DNA of 63,240 bases, the filler included, from Aduncisulcus paluster (lineage: Eukaryota), in assembly GCA_024181965.1 (NCBI GenBank). It is 13 parts of 13 records of this genome, joined end to end, with 100 filler letters (N's around TTAATTAATTAA, not from the genome) between each part and the next. Parts side by side here need not be neighbours in the genome. Positions count along the whole stretch, not along the records: positions 8,874 to 13,615 come from BQXS01011425.1; positions 13,716 to 17,659 come from BQXS01011426.1; positions 17,760 to 21,267 come from BQXS01011427.1; positions 21,368 to 25,176 come from BQXS01011428.1; 9 more parts are not named here. One strand, written 5' to 3'. Positions 11,969 to 22,275 of this stretch are shown here, piece after piece. Each line of letters begins with the position of its first letter. Position 1 is the first letter of the stretch. The notes below the pieces were generated by a model. The model had not been told where the DNA came from. It ran no database searches and saw only the letters and a list, made by a program, of their open reading frames with translations. Both the position numbers and the translations under genes were made by a program.

Positions 11969-12964
11969 TTACTTTCTTCCTCCAGAAATTCTACTGCTTC
12001 TGCGTTTTCCATGTACTGCTCCACCTGACTCCTGACGAGCCAAGAAGGCTGCAATAGCCTCTTCGGTCCCAATATACCCTCTGCAGAGAGAAGAACCACA
12101 ATGACACTCTTGCAGATGTGTCTCATCAATAACGCTGTAATTTGTGGTGATTTCATCCCCTTCATCAATTTCTTCATCTGCAACAATGTAGACGACAACC
12201 TTTGGGTTCTCATAGCAAACAACAATCTCTAGATAACTACAATTCGGCTCACAGCTATGATTTGCAAAGGCTGCGACACATGCTGACCGGCATGGAGAGA
12301 TCACTCTTCCTCCTCTTAGTGAGATTGAATACGTTTCGTCGGATCTGGCCTTTGAATATGCTACAGAAGGGAGAGAAGATCCACTAAAAGGAGCAATTAG
12401 CTCCCCGTAACCAATACTCCTGGTGGCAAAGAGACCCAATCCATGGGATCCTTTCTTCACCTCATATGGAAACCCGAAACCTCCATAATAAGACGAATCC
12501 CAAGACAACTTTGTCCCCTCAGGTACCTCTGGAACATCTTCCAGTAACACTCTCGGTATTGGCCACATTCGGTAGTACCTTTGGTATTCTGGTCTCTGCA
12601 TTGCATTATACAAATTAGTCTCGATCTTCTTCCTCTCCTCCGGTAGCTTAGACTCGGACTTCAAGGCTCGCTCGAATGATCTTCTTGACATTTTCTTCTC
12701 AATACCGCGGAATCTAATCTCATAACTATCTCTCCCTAACTCGGTCAGAATCTGCCATCTACGCATTTCACAACGAAAATCAGCTAAACTCTTCTTCGAA
12801 ACACTAAAGTAATGTGAAATTATTTCCATAACCTGGAACAGAATAACGGAAAAACGAAATAAGAAAACTGAGGAAGGAATCCAAAATATTATTTACATGA
12901 GATAACATACCTTATGACAACTCGTATTGCAAGCAAAACGAGAAATATAGTTAGATTCACTCAT
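11969..12964 (-). CDS. Compact SET + post-SET lysine methyltransferase; exons 12964-12911 and 12832-11969
   Basis: GLGLFATRSI, AFANHSCEPNC, GDEITTNY and post-SET CHCGSSLCRGYIG. A 78-nt intron (GTATGT at 12910 to TTCCAG at 12833) joins MSESNYISRFACNTSCHK in frame to VMEIISH. Confidence 0.85.
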
Positions 12965-13715
12965 GCTATTAATAGAACAATATGAGAAACAATAGTGAGA
13001 AACATCAAATCAGATCACGAAAACTCTCATGCATGGAAAATCACTAAATTCTTGGATGACCCAAAAAATTTTTGAAGTTCCTTAGATTCAAAAACAGATA
13101 ATATATTATCTGAACAGAAGATAAGAAAAATCAAAATAGCATAGAAAATTCCTGAGCTAAAAATCAAAGCCTATAGGGATATCATGAGGGACAAATTTTG
13201 ACCCCAGGCTCTCGCACAAAGAGAAGGAAAGTTGCGGGGCACAGCTAGCATTATAACCAATGAGGGTCACTACCATATAAATATAATACTAAAATACCGT
13301 TCTGAGAAAGTTGAAATTTGGAACGAATTGACACCCTCAAAAATTTCGACCTCAGAACTTCTCCTCAAAGGGCACGAATTAACAGATATAAATGGAATAT
13401 ATAAATGTAATCGGCCTTAATGGTAATGATCTGAGGCTAAAACCCCCTGGAGATATCCAACATACCCTAGAGGTTCAACAACATCTGACACTAAAATAGC
13501 CATGCTGACTGAACCTGGAAGCTCGTACCTCATATATATCCCTCCCTCTACATGAGTTGCATTTAAATATGAATACTCTGAACCACCCTCATCTCATTCC
13601 ATGCACTTATTATACNNNNNNNNNNNNNNNNNNNNNNNNNNNNNNNNNNNNNNNNNNNNTTAATTAATTAANNNNNNNNNNNNNNNNNNNNNNNNNNNNN
13701 NNNNNNNNNNNNNNN

Positions 13716-14085
13716 TTTCGACATTTAGTATTTTGCAAATTGCATTAATTGAAATAAAGTTCTTTGCTGCAAGTTTTGCAATTTCCTTTCTAAACTCTCT
13801 TTTTTCGGCGGTTTCTTTGGAAGAACTAGTGCTGATACTTTCATGATGTGATTTTGATGTGATATGAGATACTATTGATCTGAAAGACGCATTTATAGAT
13901 TTTTCGCATCTAATGCAATAGATTTTGTGATCAGATTGTGTTATAAAATGTGACGTTATGTCGGATATGCCCATTTCAATTATCTTCTCTTTTGAAGTTT
14001 TCTCCTTACCGCAAAGCAATTTATATTTTCTCCAAACCTTCATGCCTTCTCTATCAGTGCTATTGAAGACACGAGAATAATCCAT
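13716..14085 (-). mobile_element. N-terminal fragment of a C2H2/BED-like Zn-finger protein, probably a hAT/CGGBP1-like transposase (cut by contig end)
   Basis: IYCIRCEKSI...SIVSHITSKSHH followed by FRKEIAKLAAKNFISINAI, a pattern seen at the N-terminus of hAT-related transposases. No catalytic domain is visible. Confidence 0.45.
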
Positions 14086-14317
14086 TTGTTTTCAAAAAAA
14101 CAAATTTCAGAAGTGTCATGTGAGTCACAAAATTTTGTTTCAATTGTGAATGAATATATAGTCAAAACATAATTATTCGTTATAAATTTATTAATCCTAT
14201 GACTGCTCTATTGATAACATGTATTAATGGGATAATTCAAACGGATCAAAAAACATGGAAACACCTTGCTGTAAACGAATCAAAATAAACGATGATTATC
14301 CGATAATCAACCAAGTT

Positions 14318-15754
14318 TTATTCTTTGAGTTTATCTAAGAGTTCGTCTCGATGAGCAGTGACTTGTCTCAAACTGATCCTCAATTCTTCACACTGAGAAT
14401 GATATTTATGGGCATCAGAGGCATTGGAAGCACTCACAATGGCAATTTTCTTTCGTTCATGATCTGTATAACGGACCATGGAATCAAGTTCCGTTTTTAA
14501 CCGGTCAACCCGTCTGATGGCCGAATCCCTATCATCGATGGCTTTTAATTTCTCCTCTTTCTCCAAAGAAAGCTGAGTTCGAAGTTCCTCAGCTTCGGTG
14601 CCGACCATTTTTCTGAACCGATTTGCTTCTTCTTCCATATGAATTGCTTTATCCGCAAGAGATTGATTTGTGGCTCGGAGTTTGGCAATTTCCTTACGGA
14701 GAGCGCCAAGAGTTGCAGAAAATTCTGAGTGTTTCTGTTCTAGTTCATTGGCAGATTCTTCAGCGAAATCAGCCTTCTCTTTCAAATATTGCCTGGTTTG
14801 TTCATCGAGTTTAGAGTGGAGACGTTCAATTTCTCGTCTGCTGCCAATAAGTTGCTCTGTGACCTTTACAAGCTCACATTTAGACGCATTCATGGCCATT
14901 TTAGCTTCATTTTCCCCTTTTAACAATGCTTCTTGCTTGTCTCGAATACTTTTGGCCTCTTCTCGAAGAGATTGGAGTGAATCTTCATAAGCTCGAATCT
15001 GAGCAGTAAATGTTTCAACTTTAACCTTTAATTGGGTATTTTGATGTTTTAATGCATCGATTTGAGAATGAACTTCCTTCTCTCGAGCTGTGATGGTGTC
15101 AGACTTGAAAGTTAGATTGCTAACACGTTTTTTAAGCGTTAATTCAATTATTTCAGCTTCTTTTAATTGTTGACGCATTGTAGATTTTGTTGAAGCAAGC
15201 TCAGATTGAAGACTTGCAATTTCATCTTTCTGACGGTCATCTTCTTCCATTGATATGGATAACGTTGTTTCAAGGGAAGCTACTCTGTCTTTCAGCTCTA
15301 AAATAGTGTCTTTTTGCCCATGATCGATTTCAACTCGTTCTTGCAATTTTGATTTGAGTTCTTCAAAAGAAGAGAGTAAATTATGATAACTAGATTTAAA
15401 ATGTGATGTGGTTTGTTGTTGTGAAGTATATTGAATTTGAAGGCTTGATAATTGTGTTAATAGTTCCTTATTTTGTAAAACTAAAGTTGAATTTTCTGTA
15501 GACAATAAATCTATATGTTCACTGACTTTTGTCTTGAAATCTGTATCAATAACGCATTTTTCTTCCGATTTTTCTCCTTTGTTATGGGCTACTAAAAGTT
15601 TTTTCTGCAGTAAATTATTTAATCTCGTGTTGTCATTTATGGCTTCATCATAGGCCAATTTTAGGCTAGATACCATTGTTTTTAATTTCAATATGGTATT
15701 TGTCAATGTTCTAAGTTTTTCTTGAGCATCTGCTGCATGCAATGATGGCATCAT
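14318..15754 (-). CDS. Long coiled-coil protein, possibly centriolar (weak CEP89-like motifs)
   Basis: 478-aa ORF with heptad E/K/L/Q composition throughout. LKLAYD and LLSTENSTLVLQ loosely recall CEP89. Confidence 0.6.
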   Translation of the reverse strand: MMPSLHAADAQEKLRTLTNTILKLKTMVSSLKLAYDEAINDNTRLNNLLQKKLLVAHNKGEKSEEKCVIDTDFKTKVSEHIDLLSTENSTLVLQNKELLTQLSSLQIQYTSQQQTTSHFKSSYHNLLSSFEELKSKLQERVEIDHGQKDTILELKDRVASLETTLSISMEEDDRQKDEIASLQSELASTKSTMRQQLKEAEIIELTLKKRVSNLTFKSDTITAREKEVHSQIDALKHQNTQLKVKVETFTAQIRAYEDSLQSLREEAKSIRDKQEALLKGENEAKMAMNASKCELVKVTEQLIGSRREIERLHSKLDEQTRQYLKEKADFAEESANELEQKHSEFSATLGALRKEIAKLRATNQSLADKAIHMEEEANRFRKMVGTEAEELRTQLSLEKEEKLKAIDDRDSAIRRVDRLKTELDSMVRYTDHERKKIAIVSASNASDAHKYHSQCEELRISLRQVTAHRDELLDKLKE

Positions 15755-16003
15755 TTTACAGAAAATGGCATGTTTTCATATTTTTCAGATTGAGTTCAAT
15801 AATATTTCAAAAGCTAATATAAAATATTATTAATTATTATATTTATTGGAGAATATATAAAAAAAATTGATTAAATTGCTTTCCAAACACCTTAAAGTTT
15901 TCCGAAAAAACATTCTTAAATAAACATGATCGATTTCTTTATTTATAGGACGTAACAGGTTCTCGCTAAATTTTTAATCACTAGGATTTTACGATAAATT
16001 GTT

Positions 16004-17659
16004 TCAGTAAAATTGGGATTCATTTTGCGAGATTATATTTAATTGTGTAGCAGGAGAGCATTCAACTGTGAGAGGCAATAAGATTCCACTGAATGGACAT
16101 ATAATTGATACTGGATTTGTATTGATTCGAACAACAGACGGACCATACGACCCATTCTCACTCAAGGAGAACTTGTTCATCGTGTAGGAATGATTAACAG
16201 AACTAACATATCCGATTGTCGTAGAAGTTGCCACTTTTGAGACTGTTCCAGAGTAAAATTCGTCAGAATACCATTCAAGAAGGTCACTATTTTCATAGGG
16301 TTCGACCATGGATATAAGATTCTTGACAACCCATCCATTTGAAATATAAGCAGAAATATCGACATTGTAGGGAAATAATGAGGTAATCGGGGTAGATTGG
16401 ATACTAATGGCGAAAGAATCATCCTTATCTATTCTCATTGACGGTAATTGTTCCACTTGAAAGCCACCACACGTGTTACAGGGGAGATGGGAAAAGGAAT
16501 ATGCTGGAGTTAGTTGTAGCGAAGAAATATCATCCATTGAAAAAGATCTCGATGTCACAGAAGAAAAGTATGAAGGAACTAACATATCGGCCGAATTTTG
16601 AGCGAAATATCCAAAGTTAAAGCCAGCGTATGACCCGTTGACACCATCCACTCAATTGTGACCCAGATCCCACGTATGCGGAGTTCTCACCGGTCACAAG
16701 GAACATAAAGGAAGATGTAATATTCGCTGTGCCCGAAAAGCCAGTAGAATCGGCCAGAGAACCTGTTCCTGCGATAAACAAATATATTTCTCCGTGATCG
16801 AGACACAATCCTTCAAACACACCCTCTATGGTTAGGGTGGAATCTGAAAGAGTAACTGAAATATCAGTCCCCACGATTGGAGATAGAATTCCTCCATCAA
16901 AGAGTTCCCAAGTGTCGACTGTGGTTGAATCAGTCGATGTTTTAAGATTATTCTCGCCGAGTATACATTGAGCTTTCGAACTGGATTCGATAGACACGAT
17001 AAAGCAACTTGAAACGGCGAAAGATATTGTCTTTCCAACGTCACTAAGCATAAAACCTTCCTCAAGAAGATCGCTGATGGTAGCTTCTATGGCTCCATCA
17101 GATCCCACAGTAGTCAAAGTGGCATCACACAGAGCGCCAGCAATCAAGTTTGAACCATATGTCGAAGAATCAAGATTGATTTCCCACTTCAAGAACTCGG
17201 ATCGCATTCCATCGAAAGAGAGAGTCATCTGATCACCACCACAAGAAATCAATCCTTCATGGGTGAACATATTGAATGGAAGCACCGATGAGAGAGAGTT
17301 GTAAGGGTTATAATATGTGCTTATAGCGAATGATGATGCAGAATCATCAACCTCTTCACTTGGGGAGAGTGCTGCAGATGCTTGAAGGTCGTGAATAATC
17401 CAATGGGGTTGAATCACACCACTGAATCCACACATGAGAGAAGAATTGTATGAGGGCGGAGGAAAATACTCGGCAAGAACAGAAGTGGTCATGCTCATCC
17501 CCGAACCAAGGGAATGAGCAGGGATGGAACACAGGTGATCCGCATCATCAGAGACGGACACAAGCTCAATGGGAGTATCCCACTCAGAGATAGACTGGGG
17601 AAAAGCGAAACACATTGAGGTCAAAAGAGACGCAGTGTCAGAATGAGTGAATGTGTCAG
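16004..17659 (-). pseudogene. Large S/T/D/G-rich, probably extracellular beta-rich protein; 5'-partial and split by a frameshift near 16655
   Basis: ORFs 16617-17624 and 16004-16651 overlap on the same strand and share composition. The first frame is open to the contig end, and the second has only a GTG start. Confidence 0.5.
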
Positions 17660-17760
17660 NNNNNNNNNNNNNNNNNNNNNNNNNNNNNNNNNNNNNNNNN
17701 NNNTTAATTAATTAANNNNNNNNNNNNNNNNNNNNNNNNNNNNNNNNNNNNNNNNNNNNG

Positions 17761-18747
17761 AAAGGGAACAAGGGAAGTAAGAAATGGCAGACTTTACAGC
17801 CATCTCCACATTTACACAGTGCTCAAGGACAGACGTGGATTAGCCGGTTGTTTGGTACGGTTGGACACTCCTCAGCCGGTGGTTCAGACGGCAAGAAACG
17901 GAAGAATAAGAGGAAAGGCCTTATGAGCTTTTTTGGCAGTTCTTCTTCTCGTCTGCATCCTATCTCTGGGTCTCACTCTGGCTCTTCTTCCTCTTCACAT
18001 TCTTCCTTTGGACGGCTTAAACATGATCCTCTTGGATCCCTCCATCATCTAAAAATGATTCCTTCTTCATACTCAACACATACACACAGTACATCTGTCA
18101 GTGGTGCTGCTTCTCCACACCTTTCCCAATTCCCCCATCTCACTCATTCAGCACATCATCACAACTATGCACATACTATCCATTCATCTGCAAGGATGCT
18201 AGGTTCTACTGCTATCAGTGCTGGTGCTGGTGCTGGTCCTAGTGGAGGTCCTAGTGGAGTTGCTAGTGGAGTTGCTAGTGCTGGGATCATGGGTTTTAGT
18301 AATCCAGGCTCTGCATCTACGTCTGGGTCTACTTCCCCTCTTTCCTCGACTACTGGTGATTATTCCACACGTTCTTTAAAGCAACAGTATGGTGAGCACG
18401 GAGAGTATGTACTGGCACGACGTGTGATCTTTCCCTCTGGCAAATGGATAGTTCTAAGTGATGCTACCGAGCTTACATACCAGCTGAACGGTGGAGGTAT
18501 GAACATTACAAGTTCCTTCAAGATGTGTGTGACTATTCTTTGTGCTGTTGAAATGTACACGGCTCCATCACAGAAATACTCGCCTGGAGGAGTGTATAAT
18601 GTTCCCAAGAGTCTCGATGAGTTAGTTGCAAGGCTACATTTGCCAATGGGTGGTATTGAATTGAGTCAGTTAACAGCTGAACAGACAAGGTTCTTGGGAA
18701 TTCCAACTCCTGAGGGGCCTTACAAACAGGATGACTATGCATACTGA
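17761..18747 (+). CDS. Divergent S-adenosylhomocysteine hydrolase-like protein, C-terminal part preceded by a long S/H/G-rich tract (5'-partial)
   Basis: The C-terminus GVYNVPKSLDELVARLHL..GIELSQLTAEQTRFLGIPTPEGPYKQDDYAY matches the SAHH tail. RRVIFPSGKWIVLS aligns with the DRYxFPDGKxIxLL segment. Confidence 0.75.
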   Translation, partial: KGNKGSKKWQTLQPSPHLHSAQGQTWISRLFGTVGHSSAGGSDGKKRKNKRKGLMSFFGSSSSRLHPISGSHSGSSSSSHSSFGRLKHDPLGSLHHLKMIPSSYSTHTHSTSVSGAASPHLSQFPHLTHSAHHHNYAHTIHSSARMLGSTAISAGAGAGPSGGPSGVASGVASAGIMGFSNPGSASTSGSTSPLSSTTGDYSTRSLKQQYGEHGEYVLARRVIFPSGKWIVLSDATELTYQLNGGGMNITSSFKMCVTILCAVEMYTAPSQKYSPGGVYNVPKSLDELVARLHLPMGGIELSQLTAEQTRFLGIPTPEGPYKQDDYAY

Positions 18748-20901
18748 TAAGACATCACTGATTATCTCTCTTATCTGTCTCTTGTCTGTCTCTCATCTCT
18801 AACTTCTTTTCTGCCTTTTTTTTCTGCTTCCTTTACTGTTTATTTTGATATTTATTAAGATCTAATCTAATTATTTACAATATATTTATTTATTTGATTT
18901 ATTATTTTTATTGTTTTCTTTTTTAACTTTTTCTAAATATTAACTCTTGTTTATAACAATATTAATAATAACAATTGATTTTCTAAAGATGTTATTTTAA
19001 ATTGATATAATATTGAGAAAGTCTTCCTTCCTTTTCTTATTAAGATATTCTAAAAATGATTGGTAACGATTGATCGAATACTTCGAATTTATATAATTTA
19101 TAATCATCAATCTGAATCGTATTAAATCTCTTATGAAATCTCTTTATGATGACGTTTTTAAGAGATGAGTGTAGGATAAGGATGTATTTCCCAATAAACT
19201 AATAAATTCCAATAAAACAATCGTTTATCACTGAGCTTTTTATCCAATCATATTTCAGTGAGGGCAGGTCAAGGGGGATGATGACTTAATAATTAAGTGT
19301 AGATAGTACACTCAGAACTGGGAGTATGTACTATAGAGTTGGTTTTTGACTCTGATGATCTCGGAAATAGCAATATAAGAACTGAATTGACAATCAATAA
19401 TGGTGTGATGTGAGAGCACTACTGAGCAGTTTAACTATTCTAAGCCAGAAGTTCATTGTTCACTGTTCACTGTCCACTGTTCACTCGGAAGTTCTGATCT
19501 TTGATGTCTGCCAGACAGATCACAGTGATCACTCAGTCAATTAGTTAAGTTAGGATATTAGTTAACTAGTTTCACTGGTCTACAAAAAAACGATATAATG
19601 TTTTTTTCATTAATTTTAGTGAATTTGAGTTCATGGCGACCCTATCTGGAACAAAACAAACGATGAAACATTATTACCGCGTTTGACCATTTGATGGATT
19701 GTTGCAGAAGATATTATCAAAATTATTTAATATAATATCTCAGAAAGAATTTTATAGAATTCTATAACTGTTCAGAATGTTCAGAATCGGTTCCAAACGC
19801 TTGAAACGTGATAGTCGAGCAAGAAAGGCATTCCATTGGATTAAGAAAGTGATAATATGATAATAAAAATATAATCAAATCAAACAAAGAAAATTCTTTT
19901 CAGAATACCACTTTATTGCAGCATTATCGTCCCAGAATCATCAAACATTATCGACAATCGGATTATACAACAACAATAACACCTGGCAACAATAATACCG
20001 TTAAGAATGACAACACAACATGGAATTGCAGATGAATCCAAGAAGAAGCTCGGACATCATGGTCGATATGGAGGATAAATCAACCATAGATCTAGAAATA
20101 GCAAATCATACTTTCAAGACCCAATCCAAACAATGGGCACAAAACAACAATAAAAACCACGCCAGAAAACATTTCAAACAAGATCTTGTCTCATAAAATG
20201 AAAATAAAAACGTCTGACTCAGCCTGGGCTCGAACAAAACCAGACAAAATTCTCATCACGATCCAGAGCATGCATGTTCTGCTCCACAAGACACGGCACC
20301 AAGTGGGAGTGGGGACATGTTTATTCATGGAGTTAGATTTTTAGTTCTGAATATTTCTTTTATCATCATTATCATCATTATCATCTTAGTATCATAAATC
20401 ATCTTTATTTATCCACAACAAGACAAGACGGGACAGAATAACAACAAAAAAATAAAGTTCAAAGTTCTTTGGAGTTGCATACGGTACGACTATAGGAACT
20501 CTATCATCATCTGCGGGTGATGCGACAGAAAACAGGGGGGACAACAAAACAGAATGGGGCAATCAATGTAGTATTCGAGATGGCAATGACAATGATGGGG
20601 AGGGAAGTACAACATACAATCAGTTAACAGCAACATTCATTCCAGTCACACGTGATACAATCAATATGACACAGTGAGGGGTTGGTTGTAGGTTGATTGT
20701 GGTTCGAGGATGTGCTGATAGTTCATCTTTGGAGTACGAGTTATTACAGATGGTATCACTTTTATATATGACATACAGATACACCACATTCCAAACAAGG
20801 ATTCCAAAGGCAAGGAGCACAGATCAGTGAAAAAGCGCAAATCTCAGATGTATCAGATGATCAGGATATGGCATTGGAGTTGGAGTTGGATTTGACTGCG
20901 G

Positions 20902-21112
20902 GGAAATGTCATATTCCATGAAGCATCAGGGGATTAGATTCGTAGCAGTATACAGACATATGTATACCATCATATTCCGAGTTCTTGATATTTTTGATTG
21001 TAAGCAAAAGCAAGTGAAAATGAAACAGAAAGGCAAGGATAAGGATAGAAATGAAATGGAAATATATCCATGTTATTGAATAGCATTGAAATCGTTCATA
21101 AATGTTCTTAAC
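20902..21112. repeat. Dispersed ~210 bp repeat, copy 1
   Basis: GGAAATGTCATATTCCATGAAGCATCAGGGGATTAGATTCGTAGCAG...AAATCGTTCATAAATGTT recurs nearly identically at 47832-48041. Both copies are preceded by GGAGTT hexamer repeats. Confidence 0.9.
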
Positions 21113-21367
21113 ACGTGAAATGGAACTATATCCAGTCCTGAGGGTTCTCCAAAAGCCTGAGATATCGAGAATAAACACCATGGCATGGAAATGAAAATAA
21201 AACATGTTTTTATCATTTACCAGCATTTAACTCGTTTATATGTGTTTTTTTAAATTTCCAATCTTATNNNNNNNNNNNNNNNNNNNNNNNNNNNNNNNNN
21301 NNNNNNNNNNNTTAATTAATTAANNNNNNNNNNNNNNNNNNNNNNNNNNNNNNNNNNNNNNNNNNNN

Positions 21368-21820
21368 CCTAGCCTTCACATCTTCTTTCAAGGGGAAAGG
21401 TCGTAAAGACTTTACGTATGCGTCCATCAAGATTTCCTTCGTGTCAGTGTCATCACTATCTTTCAAACTCTGAGCTGCTTGTAAGAAATCGTCCGTATGC
21501 TTCTCTAGAACCTCGACTGAGTACTTCTCTTCCATCTTTAAGGAACGGAGGGTTCCCAATACCATTTCAATTGGTTTCGAAGCAAATAATTTATCTACTT
21601 CCGAAATAAATTTGTCTACATCTGTTTTAGCCAACACTCCTTTTGATTTTGTCCGAATCTGTAAAATCCTGAAAGTGGTGGGCTTCATGCAATTTTCAAA
21701 TACTACCCCTTTATGTCGAGCTCGAAATTGCGTGAATTCATGCTTGAACTCTCTCCAATTTTCTTCGGAACACGATTTCAAGAACGGGGGTCTATCCTCA
21801 AGTAAAACGGTTTTTTCCAT
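21368..21820 (-). mobile_element. Retrotransposon Gag-like N-terminal fragment (cut by contig end)
   Basis: PPFL...NWREFKHEF...LRSLKMEEKYSVEVLEKHTDDF...MDAYVKSLRPFPLKEDV resembles the capsid helical pattern of Ty3/Gypsy Gag. Confidence 0.5.
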
Positions 21821-22275
21821 TTTCGAATGTATTGAATTTGATCAAATTGTGATGATTCTAAAATAAAGCAAACCGATACTATTTATACCGTTAGCAAATT
21901 TACTTATATTACAATGCATCTTGAGATCGAATTTTTTGCAGTTGGTGTTATTCTGTTATTCTGTTCATGTAATCATGAAAAAACCTGCACAATCAATTTT
22001 ATTGTTCATATTAAATACTTTCTACAACTAAAATATGTTTATTTTGGATTGGATCATGAAGAAAAATATATCTCATGAAATAAGATAATATTGATATAGT
22101 GACCACATAATACTTTAATAAATTATAATAAGAATATTATTAAACACAATAAAAATTTATTTTAACAAGGTTTAAACAGAGTAACTTTTTGAAAATACTT
22201 TTTACCTGAAGAAGTTACTCCGTTGAGTATTTTCGCACCCGTCCTGAAAATCTGCTGAGAAAACCCAAAAATAAA

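Noticed and set aside
18750-20900. Long ORF-free region examined for tRNA, snRNA or rRNA
   Set aside because: No recognisable RNA gene motifs, only AT-rich and short patchwork repeats.
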